Part shown: in pieces, positions 1 to 8,900 of the stretch | How the letters are laid out: every line of letters starts with the position of its first letter | Position numbering within the stretch: the first letter of the stretch is position 1 | Assembly (NCBI GenBank): GCA_015065335.1 | Contig: SVQM01000003.1 | Location: 1 to 46,459 of the forward strand | DNA length: 46,459 nt | From: Oscillospiraceae bacterium | GTDB lineage: Bacteria; Bacillota; Clostridia; Oscillospirales; CAG-272 | Reading direction: 5' to 3' | Made by a program: the position numbers and the translations under genes | Notes under the pieces: model-generated | The model's input: only the letters and a program-made list of their open reading frames with translations | The model's database searches: none | Told to the model about the DNA's origin: nothing

Positions 1-956
1 CGGTTTACCTGATCCTCAAGGTTATTGTGGTAGATCATATCGTTCATATCCATGTCAAGACCGGCGTTGATAGCCATTCTTGCACAGTCACCGCCGTCAG
101 CGGCAACGCCCTGACGCTGAAGCTGGGTGATAGAATGGTCGTCACTTACAACGAATCCGTCGAATCCGAGCTCACCTCGAAGAACGTCGGTAAGAAGGTA
201 GCGGGAGGATGTAACAGGCTGACCGCCGACCTCATTGAAGGAGGACATAATGGTACGAACGCCTGCATTTACAGCACCTCTGTAAGGAGGGAGGTAGTAG
301 TTGCGGAGGGAGTAATCGGAGAGCTCAGCCTTGTGGTAGTCACGGCCGCCTTCGGCAGCACCGTAAGCAATGTAGTGCTTTGCACAGGCAGCAACCTTGC
401 CGGGCTTCTTCAGATCCTCAATATCATGGCCCTGATACCCCTTGACCATAGCGGCAGCCATCTGCTCACCGAGGTAAGGATCCTCACCAATACCCTCAAC
501 GGTACGTCCCCATCTGGGATCGTGGGACAGGTCGATCATGGGTGCAAAGCACCACATGATACCGTTGTTTGCAGCCTCACGGCCGATAGCCGCATAGGAC
601 TCCTCAACGAGCTCGGGGTTGAAGGATGCAGCAAGCGCAGTACCTACGGGGAATGCAGTATGGTGTCCGTGAATAACGTCACGGCCGAAGATTGCGGGGA
701 TTCCGAGACGGGACTTCTCAACAGCTTCCTTCTGCAGAGAGTTGAGATAGTCACGGGTCTTCTTCTGTTCTTCGCCATCCTCTGACCAGGGGCATTTGGG
801 GTAAAGGAAGCCGCCGAGCTGACCTTTGGCAAGTCTCTCTCTTACTTCGCCCTCGATACTCTCGTCACAGCCCCACTGCTGAAGCTGTCCGACCTTCTCT
901 GCAACAGTCATCTGACTGAGCAGATCATCTATTTTTTTCTCGATTTCGGGATTCAT
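1..956 (-). CDS. Glycoside hydrolase family 3 beta-glucosidase (BglX-like), 3' end runs off the window
   Basis: Not in the ORF track because its stop lies outside the window. Minus-strand translation from ATG 956 (RBS AAAGGAG): MNPEIEKKIDDLLSQMTVAEKVGQL...DPRWGRTVEGIGEDPYL...CAKHY...IMSSFNE...LRGELGFDGFVVSD, which are classic GH3 motifs including the VVSD nucleophile. Confidence 0.93.
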   Translation of the reverse strand, partial: MNPEIEKKIDDLLSQMTVAEKVGQLQQWGCDESIEGEVRERLAKGQLGGFLYPKCPWSEDGEEQKKTRDYLNSLQKEAVEKSRLGIPAIFGRDVIHGHHTAFPVGTALAASFNPELVEESYAAIGREAANNGIMWCFAPMIDLSHDPRWGRTVEGIGEDPYLGEQMAAAMVKGYQGHDIEDLKKPGKVAACAKHYIAYGAAEGGRDYHKAELSDYSLRNYYLPPYRGAVNAGVRTIMSSFNEVGGQPVTSSRYLLTDVLRGELGFDGFVVSDDHSITQLQRQGVAADGGDCARMAINAGLDMDMNDMIYHNNLEDQVN

Positions 957-992
957 ATGTAGTCTCCTTTGAAGGATATTTTTATTCATATT

Positions 993-1022
993 ATTATACT
1001 ATTTGTAGGGTTGGTTTGTCAA
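993..1022 (-). promoter_or_regulatory. Sigma-A-like promoter for the GH3 gene
   Basis: TTGACA-18 nt-TATAAT on the minus strand, about 35 nt upstream of the start codon. Confidence 0.6.
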
Positions 1023-1060
1023 GGAATATGAGGAAATTGAGGATGTTGTTTTATTATTGT

Positions 1061-1268
1061 GTAGGGGCGGTCATCGGCCGCCCGTTACGTCAATCAAAAA
1101 CCATACGTCTCGGGACGGGGAACCCGTCCCCTACGGGTGATTGCAGATTGACAGGTATAGCATTATTCTGTGAAGAAATCGGATGATCATATTGTAGGGG
1201 AGGGGTTTCGCCTCCCTTTACGTCAATTCAAACCATACAAACGGGCTGTCGCGGGCACCGGTCCCTAC
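1061..1268. repeat. Two tandem REPIN-like units made of four GTAG-type REP hairpins
   Basis: GTAGGGGCGGTCATCGGCCGCCCG (1061-1084) faces CGGGACGGGGAACCCGTCCCCTAC (1111-1134); a second GTAGGGG...CCCTAC pair lies at 1194-1268. The spacers are related (TTACGTCAATCAAAAACCATAC vs TTACGTCAATTCAAACCATAC) and the unit period is about 133 nt. Confidence 0.75.
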
Positions 1269-1310
1269 GGTGAGATTGCTATATTGCAGGTATAACATGT
1301 TTTACGTTAT

Positions 1311-1336
1311 AAAAAGGAGCCTCAGAAGAGACTCCT
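1311..1336 (-). terminator. Intrinsic terminator of LRR-dockerin gene 1
   Basis: Minus strand AGGAGTCTC-TTCT-GAGGCTCCT followed by a T-run, just after the stop at 1345. Confidence 0.7.
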
Positions 1337-1344
1337 ACAGGAAA

Positions 1345-3618
1345 TTATTTAAATGTTACATCCCATTTTGCAATGTACTTGAGAATAAGTGATGCATCCA
1401 TGAGATTCACCTTACCGTCACCGGTTACGTCGGCGGTATCAAGGTTCGGGGCGACCTCCCACTTGGCGATGTATTTCAGGATCATTGCAACATCGGTGAG
1501 GTTGATCTTGCCGTCACCTGAGGCATCACCGGGGACAGTTACGGGTACGATTATTGGGATAACCTCACGCTCAATTTCCTCACTGCAAACAGTACAGGAT
1601 TTTGTACGAAGTCCTTCAGTAGTCTCGGAGGGCTCTGTTATTATCACCCATTCACCGGAGATGTGTCCCGTGGCCGGGATAATTTCACCGGTTGTTATTT
1701 TCTCACCGCAACCGGTACAAACTGTATCACCGGTATATCCATCTTCGGTACAAGTTGGTTTAATATTTCTAATTGTATTTACAGATTTATGATCGCATTG
1801 TAACAACTCATATGGTATATTATTATTAATAGCATATGTATGGGCGTATGAATCTTCAAAACATAATATTTTGAGTTTATCACATCCCATAAAAGTATTA
1901 TAATAAACATTATCTACTATTTTTACTACACTTTTAGGTATAGTTACACTTTCGAGATTTGAACACATACAAAAAGATAATTCTCCGAGAGATTCTACAC
2001 CATTTGGTATAACGATATTGACAAGTCCGGTACATTCCAAAAACACAGAATTGTTGATTTTTTCTAGGCTTTCGGGAAGTGTAATATTTACCAAACTTTC
2101 GCATCTAGCAAAAATACCATATCCGAATGAAGTAATATTGTTTGACAATTTAATATTCTCAAGTTGTGTACATCTTGTAAAAGCATATTCTCCTATGCTC
2201 TCAACACTATCTGTCATAGTAACTGTTTTTAGATTTGTACAATTGACAAAAGTGTAAGGTTCAATCATTTTAATACCATTGGGAATATCAATTTTTTCAA
2301 GTTTTTCACACGATTCAAATGCTCTTTGTTCAATAGTTGTCATATTTTCCGGCATATTTACATATTCCAGATTTGTACAATAAGCAAATGCACTTGACTC
2401 TATAATATCAACACTTTTTGGTATATTTATTCCCGTAAGACTTTTACACATATAAAACGAACTATTTCCAATTATTGTAATACCATCATGCATTGTTACA
2501 TTTGCAAGGTTGGTACATTCCCGGAAGGTACCGTCTAATATTTCAGTTACACTCTCAGGAATAGTAATATCAGTAAGACTATTACAACCCGCAAATGCAT
2601 ATTCACCGATATTTGAAACACTATTGGGAATTGTTATTGACTTTATATTTATGCAATTACGAAAAGCTTCATTTCCGATATTTTTTATATCATCGTGAAG
2701 AATTATATTAGTTAAGTTAATACATTCATAGAAGGCTCCGTCATTAATCGTTTTTACACTATAAGGTATATCATACTCCACTTGAGGAATAGCAACAGGA
2801 TAACTAATCAAAGTTTCACCATCTTTAGTAAATAAAACACCATTCTCAGATTTATATTTCGTGTTCTCCGAAGAAACATTTATTTTCGTCAATTTTTCAC
2901 ATGCCGAAAAAGCCGCATTTCCAATGAATGAAATACTCGCCGGAATATCTATACTTGTAAGATTTGAACATAATACAAAAGCATAATCTTTAATACCAAT
3001 TACACCATTAGAAATCGAAATATTTTCAAGCTTTCCACAATTATAAAATGCTCTTTCACCAATATCATTTACACTACTCGGTATTACAATACTTGAAAGT
3101 TCGGTACAATCGTAAAACGCTTCATCGGGAATTCGTACTAGTCCTTCCTTTAAAGTAATATCTCCGCTAATGCTTTTTCGTACTTCATATATATGATTTC
3201 CTATGTAAAGTATATCATTTACCCAATTGTTTTCATCGTTATAGTAAGCGGTATTCTGAAATGCTGTATCGCTTATACTTTCTAAACTATCATGTACATT
3301 TATAGTTGTTAGATTACTACAATTATAAAAAGCTTTAAAACCTATTCTTATAACACTTGTCGGTATTGTTACTTCCGTGATTTTGTCACAATTCATGAAC
3401 AAAAAATCACCAATTTCTGTCACAGGATATCCATCGAGTGTTTCGGGAATAACAACATTACCACTAATGGATTCATCAACACCATTGATTGTAACTCCGC
3501 CATCCTCGTTCTCATAGTAGGTATAGTAGTTATTCTGGGAGCTAATTCTATTTAAAGGTATCATCAAAATAACCATCACCATTGTCAAAAATACCGACAT
3601 AATCTTTTTAAGTTTCAT
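1345..3618 (-). CDS. Secreted BspA/TpLRR-type leucine-rich repeat protein with Cys-rich repeats and a C-terminal dockerin
   Basis: Start moved to MKLKKIMSVFL (ATG 3618, RBS GGAGG), followed by a signal-peptide-like segment. Many xAFxxCxxLxxIxIPxSVxxIG repeats, a PTCTEDGYTGDTVCTGCG module, and duplicated Ca-binding loops GDASGDGKINLTD / ADVTGDGKVNLMD. Confidence 0.9.
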   Translation of the reverse strand: MKLKKIMSVFLTMVMVILMIPLNRISSQNNYYTYYENEDGGVTINGVDESISGNVVIPETLDGYPVTEIGDFLFMNCDKITEVTIPTSVIRIGFKAFYNCSNLTTINVHDSLESISDTAFQNTAYYNDENNWVNDILYIGNHIYEVRKSISGDITLKEGLVRIPDEAFYDCTELSSIVIPSSVNDIGERAFYNCGKLENISISNGVIGIKDYAFVLCSNLTSIDIPASISFIGNAAFSACEKLTKINVSSENTKYKSENGVLFTKDGETLISYPVAIPQVEYDIPYSVKTINDGAFYECINLTNIILHDDIKNIGNEAFRNCINIKSITIPNSVSNIGEYAFAGCNSLTDITIPESVTEILDGTFRECTNLANVTMHDGITIIGNSSFYMCKSLTGINIPKSVDIIESSAFAYCTNLEYVNMPENMTTIEQRAFESCEKLEKIDIPNGIKMIEPYTFVNCTNLKTVTMTDSVESIGEYAFTRCTQLENIKLSNNITSFGYGIFARCESLVNITLPESLEKINNSVFLECTGLVNIVIPNGVESLGELSFCMCSNLESVTIPKSVVKIVDNVYYNTFMGCDKLKILCFEDSYAHTYAINNNIPYELLQCDHKSVNTIRNIKPTCTEDGYTGDTVCTGCGEKITTGEIIPATGHISGEWVIITEPSETTEGLRTKSCTVCSEEIEREVIPIIVPVTVPGDASGDGKINLTDVAMILKYIAKWEVAPNLDTADVTGDGKVNLMDASLILKYIAKWDVTFK

Positions 3619-3636
3619 TTTCTTTCCTCCAAAATT

Positions 3637-3801
3637 AAAAAAGTGCGCAGCCAAAGCCACGCACCAAAAACGCATAGCTCCGGTTCTGCTGCGACACAAC
3701 TTCATTCCTATATTATCCAAATAGAGACATGAAGACCAAAGCGATGCATTTTTAATAAAATGATCGCCTCTATTTGGATATATTTATTCAGTTGTGTCGC
3801 A
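3637..3801 (-). ncRNA. Candidate structured cis-regulatory leader RNA (attenuator-like)
   Basis: Nested stems 3690-3700/3791-3801 (11 bp), 3714-3726/3768-3780 (13 bp) and 3741-3752/3757-3767, then a G-U-rich hairpin at 3647-3689 that pairs fully only on the minus strand, then U6 before the RBS. Confidence 0.6.
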
Positions 3802-3806
3802 ATTTC

Positions 3807-3835
3807 ATTTTATCACAATGTACTTATGAAGTCAA
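3807..3835 (-). promoter_or_regulatory. Sigma-A promoter of LRR-dockerin gene 1
   Basis: TTGACT-17 nt-TAAAAT with a TGn extension; predicted start site near 3800. Confidence 0.7.
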
Positions 3836-3843
3836 GTAATTTT

Positions 3844-3904
3844 AAAGTTTTTGAGGGTGGGAGCACGAGGGAGGGAGCTTTTTTCAAAAAGTTCCCTCCC
3901 TCGC
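3844..3904. repeat. Poly-T/poly-A-core palindromic REP-like element, copy A
   Basis: AAAGTTTTTGAGGG... tail, then hairpin CGAGGGAGGGAGCTTTTT-TC-AAAAAGTTCCCTCCCTCG; same architecture as the copies at 5388, 5523 and 39819. Confidence 0.7.
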
Positions 3905-3932
3905 ATAAAGCCCCCTCCATTCGTCCATAATA
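3903..3932 (+). promoter_or_regulatory. Forespore sigma-G-type promoter
   Basis: GCATA-18 nt-CATAATA matches the sigma-G consensus (GHATR-N17/18-CATxHTA) directly upstream of a spore germination/SpoVAF gene. Confidence 0.65.
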
Positions 3933-3958
3933 GTAAAAAACACCCTTTGGAGGGAGCA

Positions 3959-5383
3959 ATGGATCAAATAAACGAAAAGCTTACTGGAGATTTTGCCACC
4001 GACACAAAAATGTTCGACACTCTCCTCCGTGTTGACGAGAGCTTTGATATAATCAAGAGAGAGATGGAAGTCTCCGGGACAAAGCTTGCCATGTACTACA
4101 TCGACGGATTTATCCAATCCGCATCAATGCAAAAGCTGATGATGCACCTTACATCCGTAAAGGATTTCGGTGACGGCTCCGATACTGCGGCTGCGAAATT
4201 TGCCGCTACGTCAGTGCCGAGTGTTGAGGTGGATGTGACAGATTCCGTTGATACAATGGTGACGATGGTGCTTGCAGGCTGTACAGTATTTTTTGCCGAT
4301 GGATTCGGAAAGAATGCCATAATCATAGATTCCCGGACTTATCCTGCACGAAATACGGAGGAGCCTGAGAATGACCGTGTTATGCGAGGAAGCCGTGACG
4401 GATTTGTTGAGACACTGATCTTCAATACGGCCCTTATCCGCAGACGTATCAGAGATACGGCATTTACCGTGGAATATGTATCAGCAGGGGAGAGCAGTCG
4501 TACCGATATGGCGCTGTGCTATATGGCAAATAAGGCTGACATGGATTATGTTGCAGAGCTTCGAGAGAAGATCAAAAATATAAAGACAGATTCTCTCGTA
4601 ATGGGACACAGAAGTGTTGCGGAAATGCTTATACGCAACCGTTGGTACAATCCTTTCCCAAAGATCAGATCTACCGAGCGTCCCGATGCGGCAGCAGCAT
4701 CAATACTTGAGGGAAATGTGGTGCTCATATGTGATAACAGTCCCGAGGCAATGATATTTCCCACAACTATCTTTGATTTTTTACAGGAGACCGACGACTA
4801 TTATTTCCCTCCGTTGACGGGAACTTATCTGAGGGTAGTCAGACATTTCATTTTCCTGTTTACAATGATCCTCACACCGCTGTGGTATCTGTTGCTGCTT
4901 CATGCGGATTCTCTGCCGCAGTGGATGTCATTTGTCGTACCGCAAAAGCCCGGTGCGATCCCCATTATTTTTCAGCTGTTCCTGACGGAATTTGCCCTCG
5001 ACGGTCTTAAACTCGCCTCTTTGAACACTCCCAGTGTGCTGTCAAATTCACTGTCGGTGGTTGGTGCACTCCTTCTCGGAGATTTTGCAGTGCAGGTTGG
5101 ACTTCTTTCGGTCGACGTGATATTCTATATGGCATTTGTGGCAATTGCAAATTTCACTCAATCAAGCTATGAGCTTGGTTATGCCTTTAAATATATACGG
5201 ATGCTGCTGCTTTTTTTGACAGCACTGTTCGATGTGTGGGGATTCATTATCGGTATTTTACTTGCATTAGTGCTTGTGGCAACAAATTCCACTGTGAACG
5301 GTAAACGGAATTACCTCTATCCGCTGATCCCATTTAACGGCAAAGCCCTTGCAAGACTTTTTTTCAGACTTAAAAAGGAATAG
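3959..5383 (+). CDS. Spore germination GerA-family / SpoVAF-like membrane protein
   Basis: Start MDQINE (ATG 3959, RBS GGAGGGAG). Motifs YPARNTEEPENDRVMRGSRDGFVETLIFNTALIRRRI and STERPD...ILEG, plus C-terminal transmembrane helices. Confidence 0.9.
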   Translation: MDQINEKLTGDFATDTKMFDTLLRVDESFDIIKREMEVSGTKLAMYYIDGFIQSASMQKLMMHLTSVKDFGDGSDTAAAKFAATSVPSVEVDVTDSVDTMVTMVLAGCTVFFADGFGKNAIIIDSRTYPARNTEEPENDRVMRGSRDGFVETLIFNTALIRRRIRDTAFTVEYVSAGESSRTDMALCYMANKADMDYVAELREKIKNIKTDSLVMGHRSVAEMLIRNRWYNPFPKIRSTERPDAAAASILEGNVVLICDNSPEAMIFPTTIFDFLQETDDYYFPPLTGTYLRVVRHFIFLFTMILTPLWYLLLLHADSLPQWMSFVVPQKPGAIPIIFQLFLTEFALDGLKLASLNTPSVLSNSLSVVGALLLGDFAVQVGLLSVDVIFYMAFVAIANFTQSSYELGYAFKYIRMLLLFLTALFDVWGFIIGILLALVLVATNSTVNGKRNYLYPLIPFNGKALARLFFRLKKE

Positions 5384-5387
5384 TTTT

Positions 5388-5581
5388 TACAGGGGAGTAC
5401 CTTTTTTGGAAAAAAGGTACTCCCCTGTACCCCTCCCCAAAAAACTAAAAATAAAATAACAAAAGTAAAACTTAACTATCTGAACTGATAATCATGAAAT
5501 ACCTTTGTTATAAAAATAGTTTAAAGCTTTTTGGGAAGGGGTGCGGGGAAACCCTTTTTCTCGAAAAAGGGTTTCCCCGCA
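5388..5581. repeat. Inverted pair of REP-like palindromes (copies B and C) between convergent genes; probably also acting as terminators
   Basis: Perfect 20-bp stem 5388-5407/5410-5429 with a CCCCTCCCCAAAAAACT tail, and perfect 19-bp stem 5542-5560/5563-5581 preceded by AGCTTTTTGGGAAGGGG; the two copies are in opposite orientation. Confidence 0.75.
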
Positions 5582-5587
5582 TAATAC

Positions 5588-5962
5588 TTATTCATTAGGA
5601 AAAGCGATGTTGAACAGCTCTACGGCACGTTCAAACTTACCACAGAGCCACAGATGTCCCATAAGAGCTTCAAGTCCCGTAGCTCGTCTGTAATCAACGG
5701 GAGAAGCACTTTTCGGAACATTACCGTGAACGCAGTTACGTCCTCGCTTGTAAACTGCAGTTTCCTCCTCAGTAAGCGTATCCTCGATCCTTGCAAGAGC
5801 AGCGGATTGTGCTGCCGCAGTTACAAACGGAAGGGCATAGTTGCCGGGATGTCCTGCACCTGAAGGAGAGGTGGTAAGCCTTTGTCTTACGATCAGCTCC
5901 CATACTGCATCACCGATGTAGGCGAGGCTTGCCGCTGAAAGAATTTCGGGTTTATCTGTCAT
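5588..5962 (-). CDS. mrnC: Mini-ribonuclease III
   Basis: LAYIGDAVWELIVR, V.AAAQS, YKRGRN and YRRATGLEALMGHL signature motifs in a protein of about 124 aa; alternative TTG start at 5968. Confidence 0.9.
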   Translation of the reverse strand: MTDKPEILSAASLAYIGDAVWELIVRQRLTTSPSGAGHPGNYALPFVTAAAQSAALARIEDTLTEEETAVYKRGRNCVHGNVPKSASPVDYRRATGLEALMGHLWLCGKFERAVELFNIAFPNE

Positions 5963-5964
5963 TG

Positions 5965-8900
5965 TCAAATGATCCTCTTAATGTATCTGTATTTGATCCT
6001 TTCAAAACGGGAAAGACCTGCATATGCAGAAACGGTAAGTCTGTCTGTGAAGTCTGCGAGGATGTACATTTCCTCAGGAGTAAGACCGCCACCGAATTCT
6101 ACCTTTGCGACGAGCGAGAAGATCTGGTCAAGCGAATAGTCAGTCATTCCGCCGAAATCATCCTCAAGTCTCTCAGCATAGTCGCTGTATTGCTCACCTG
6201 TCTTAGGCGGATATCCGAGAAGTCCGAACAGACGGAATATAGTGTCGTCGAATTCTCTTGCGATGGGAAGAGTGTCTACCTTTCCTGTCATGAGAAGCTC
6301 TGTATCCATAGCCATTATAATATGTCTGTGCCTGTCGGCAACTACATTTTCGGCTTTTTTCATTATGCGCTTAATTATAAATCTTGCGATAAAGAAGATG
6401 ACTATTGATACTGCGATAACGATACCGGTGATCATGAGAATGAGCATCTGATCAACAGGCTCTTCCTCAGGCTCCTCTTCAACGGGGATCTCGGGTTCTT
6501 CCGGCTTCGGTTCTTCCTCGGGAGGAGTTTCAGGCTTAGGATCTGTAGGCTCTTCGGGAGTGAGGGGAATATCGGGAGTGGGATCAGCGATCTCACCACC
6601 GTTTCCTTCAACACTTTGAATGGGCTTATACATCTGATCCATGAATTCGGGAACAGTCTCATACGCAACCCATCCGTACAGAGGATAGTAGACCTCGATC
6701 CATGAGTGAGCATTCTCGTCGAGAGCATATCCCTTGTATTTAGCGGGAGCACCATCGGCATAGTTGAGTTCAAAATCTGTTACGAGATATCCTTCACAGT
6801 ATCTCACAGAATAGCCGTATTCACGAAGCAGAGTTGCTGCGGCAGTAGCAAAGTGAGTACAATAACCGTTCTTTGTTTCGGTAAGGAAGGAATCGAGGAC
6901 TGTCATAGGGACTTCGCCATTGTAAGGGGCAGGCTCAAGGGTATAAGTGTAATTATCCTTGAGATAATTTATGACTGTCATGACAACGTCATGCTGATCG
7001 ACTTCGTTTCCTCGGAGATCTTCGTAAACGGGTATAACATCTCTGAGCTTAGTGTTTCGTTTATAGCCTGCCTCGGCAAGAAGCTCCTCGGCAATAGATG
7101 TTACACTATCGCTGTAAACGGAGCTGCTGTACTTGAGGTATGCCCACTCACAGTAAGCTTCTTCAGTTTCAAGGAATTTATTGATCTCTTCTTTTTCCTT
7201 CTTCTGTTCATCAGGTTCAAGAGCCATGTATTTTGCGAGCAGTGAATCACCTGTGAGCTCAGGGTATCCAAGCCTTTTACATTCTTCAAGGAAAAGGCGG
7301 TCGATGTCACTGTAATCGCTCATTGATATGCGAACGGTACCGCGTCCCGTATCGTAATCACGCATATTATTTTGGCTTTGCGATTCAAGGACCTTTCGTG
7401 CTTCTTCATAGACATTTATGTATTTGACATAAAGATTGAAGTAATCGGCACTTCCGGAAAGACCGTCGGCAACATCGGGATCATTCAACTTTGACATGAA
7501 GGATATTGCGCTGTAATTAACATTCTGCTTAAAGAAACGTGAGGAGTATATCGCATCAAAATAAGCGGAGTATCTCGCATCGTTCTTTTTAAGTGAATCG
7601 TACCCCAGTATACCGAGATCGCTGTTCAGCGTAGGAGGAACGTAAACGATAAGGCTCTCACCGTTGATACGTCTGAGATGTATCTGACGAACATCAAATC
7701 CATAGTCTGCAAATCTCAGAATGGGGTTTGTCTCTTTTATCAAAGTGGATGTCGGGAACATATTTCCAAGGAAATATGTTTTGAGTATATCGGGAGTAAA
7801 GGTCTTTCCAAACTCAGTTCTGTATTCCACAACATCATCTGTGGTACCCGAGGTCCATTTACCCGACGCAGCGTCGAATCTCATACCGATCCAACCTCTG
7901 AGGTATACGGGATCCGGTCTCTCAGTCTCTACTGCAAGCATCTGGATCTGCTTGTATTTGGGAGAGTCATAGGTGAGAGTTCTCGGAGTCAGCTCGGCGA
8001 TATCCCCCATGTTATTAAGATCAATGTCATCGCCTCTGAGATATGCGGTAACATATTCTCTTGCAATAGACACGGGATCGTTAATAAAATCAATGGTGAC
8101 GAAATTACCTGTTATGGCAGAGAAGGGCAACCATACTGCAAGAGCCGCTATGAGAATTGCGGTACCGCTTGCGTATCCGCTTGCGGAGAGAGTCTTACGA
8201 GTGGCAGTTTCAGCTTCATTTCTCTTACGCCTTTTTTCCTTTGCGGCATCGCTCTTTTTCTTTTTATCCTCTTTCTTTAGATTGAGACGGCGAGCCTGCT
8301 CATCAGGAGAAAGGTTTTTAAATTCAGCTCTTTCTTTTGCAAGAGCTTTTTTTGCAGCTTTCTTTTCTGCTTTTGCAGTCTTTCGTGCAGCTTTTTTTGC
8401 AGCACGGGCTTTTTTCTTTTCATCCTTTTTTGCAGCAGCCGCCGCTTTCTTTGCAGCTTTTTTCTTATCTTTGTCAAGCTGATAAACAGCCGCCTTGGCA
8501 CGGCGTGCTTCCTTCTTGTCTCCTGTAAGCTCAATAGCGATGGCATATGCTCTTGACGCTGCTTTATCAAGTGCAACTTTTTTTGCTTTTTTCTCGAGCT
8601 TTTTGTCTTTTTTCGCTTTTTTCTTTGCAGCTTTTTTTGTTTTTTTCTCAAGTTTTAATGCTTCGTAGTTACTGAATTTCCGTTCGTACAGCAGGAGAGA
8701 GAGCTCTCCGAAAATGAATATCAGCACCATGGAAACACCTGCGTTTCCTTCGGTGAGATTGTACATGAAAACGGGAAGGATAACAACGATGCTGAGAAGC
8801 ACGGCAGAGAAGGTATGTACCTTTCTGAGGAGCGATATTGCAAGGATGACTGCAATTATTGCTGCAAGGACCGCACATCCCACACCCATCACAAGAGTAT

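Noticed and set aside
27-785. 252-aa plus-strand ORF
   Set aside because: Antisense shadow of the GH3 gene on the minus strand, which carries clear family motifs and an RBS.
1061-1290. Possible CRISPR array or integron attC cassette array
   Set aside because: Only two degenerate units, the spacers are related rather than unique, and there is no cas gene or integrase; GTAG-footed hairpins fit REPs better.
3619-3720. N-terminal extension of the LRR ORF to 3720 (similarly the extended starts at 3851, 12164, 15298, 22715, 31312, 34577, 38358, 42452)
   Set aside because: Downstream starts have better RBS sites and give proper signal peptides or family N-termini; the extensions run through promoters, leaders or neighbouring genes.
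7973-8651. Overlapping Phe/Ala-rich and Lys/Gln-rich ORFs in other frames
   Set aside because: By-products of the low-complexity Lys/Ala-coding segment of the transglutaminase gene.
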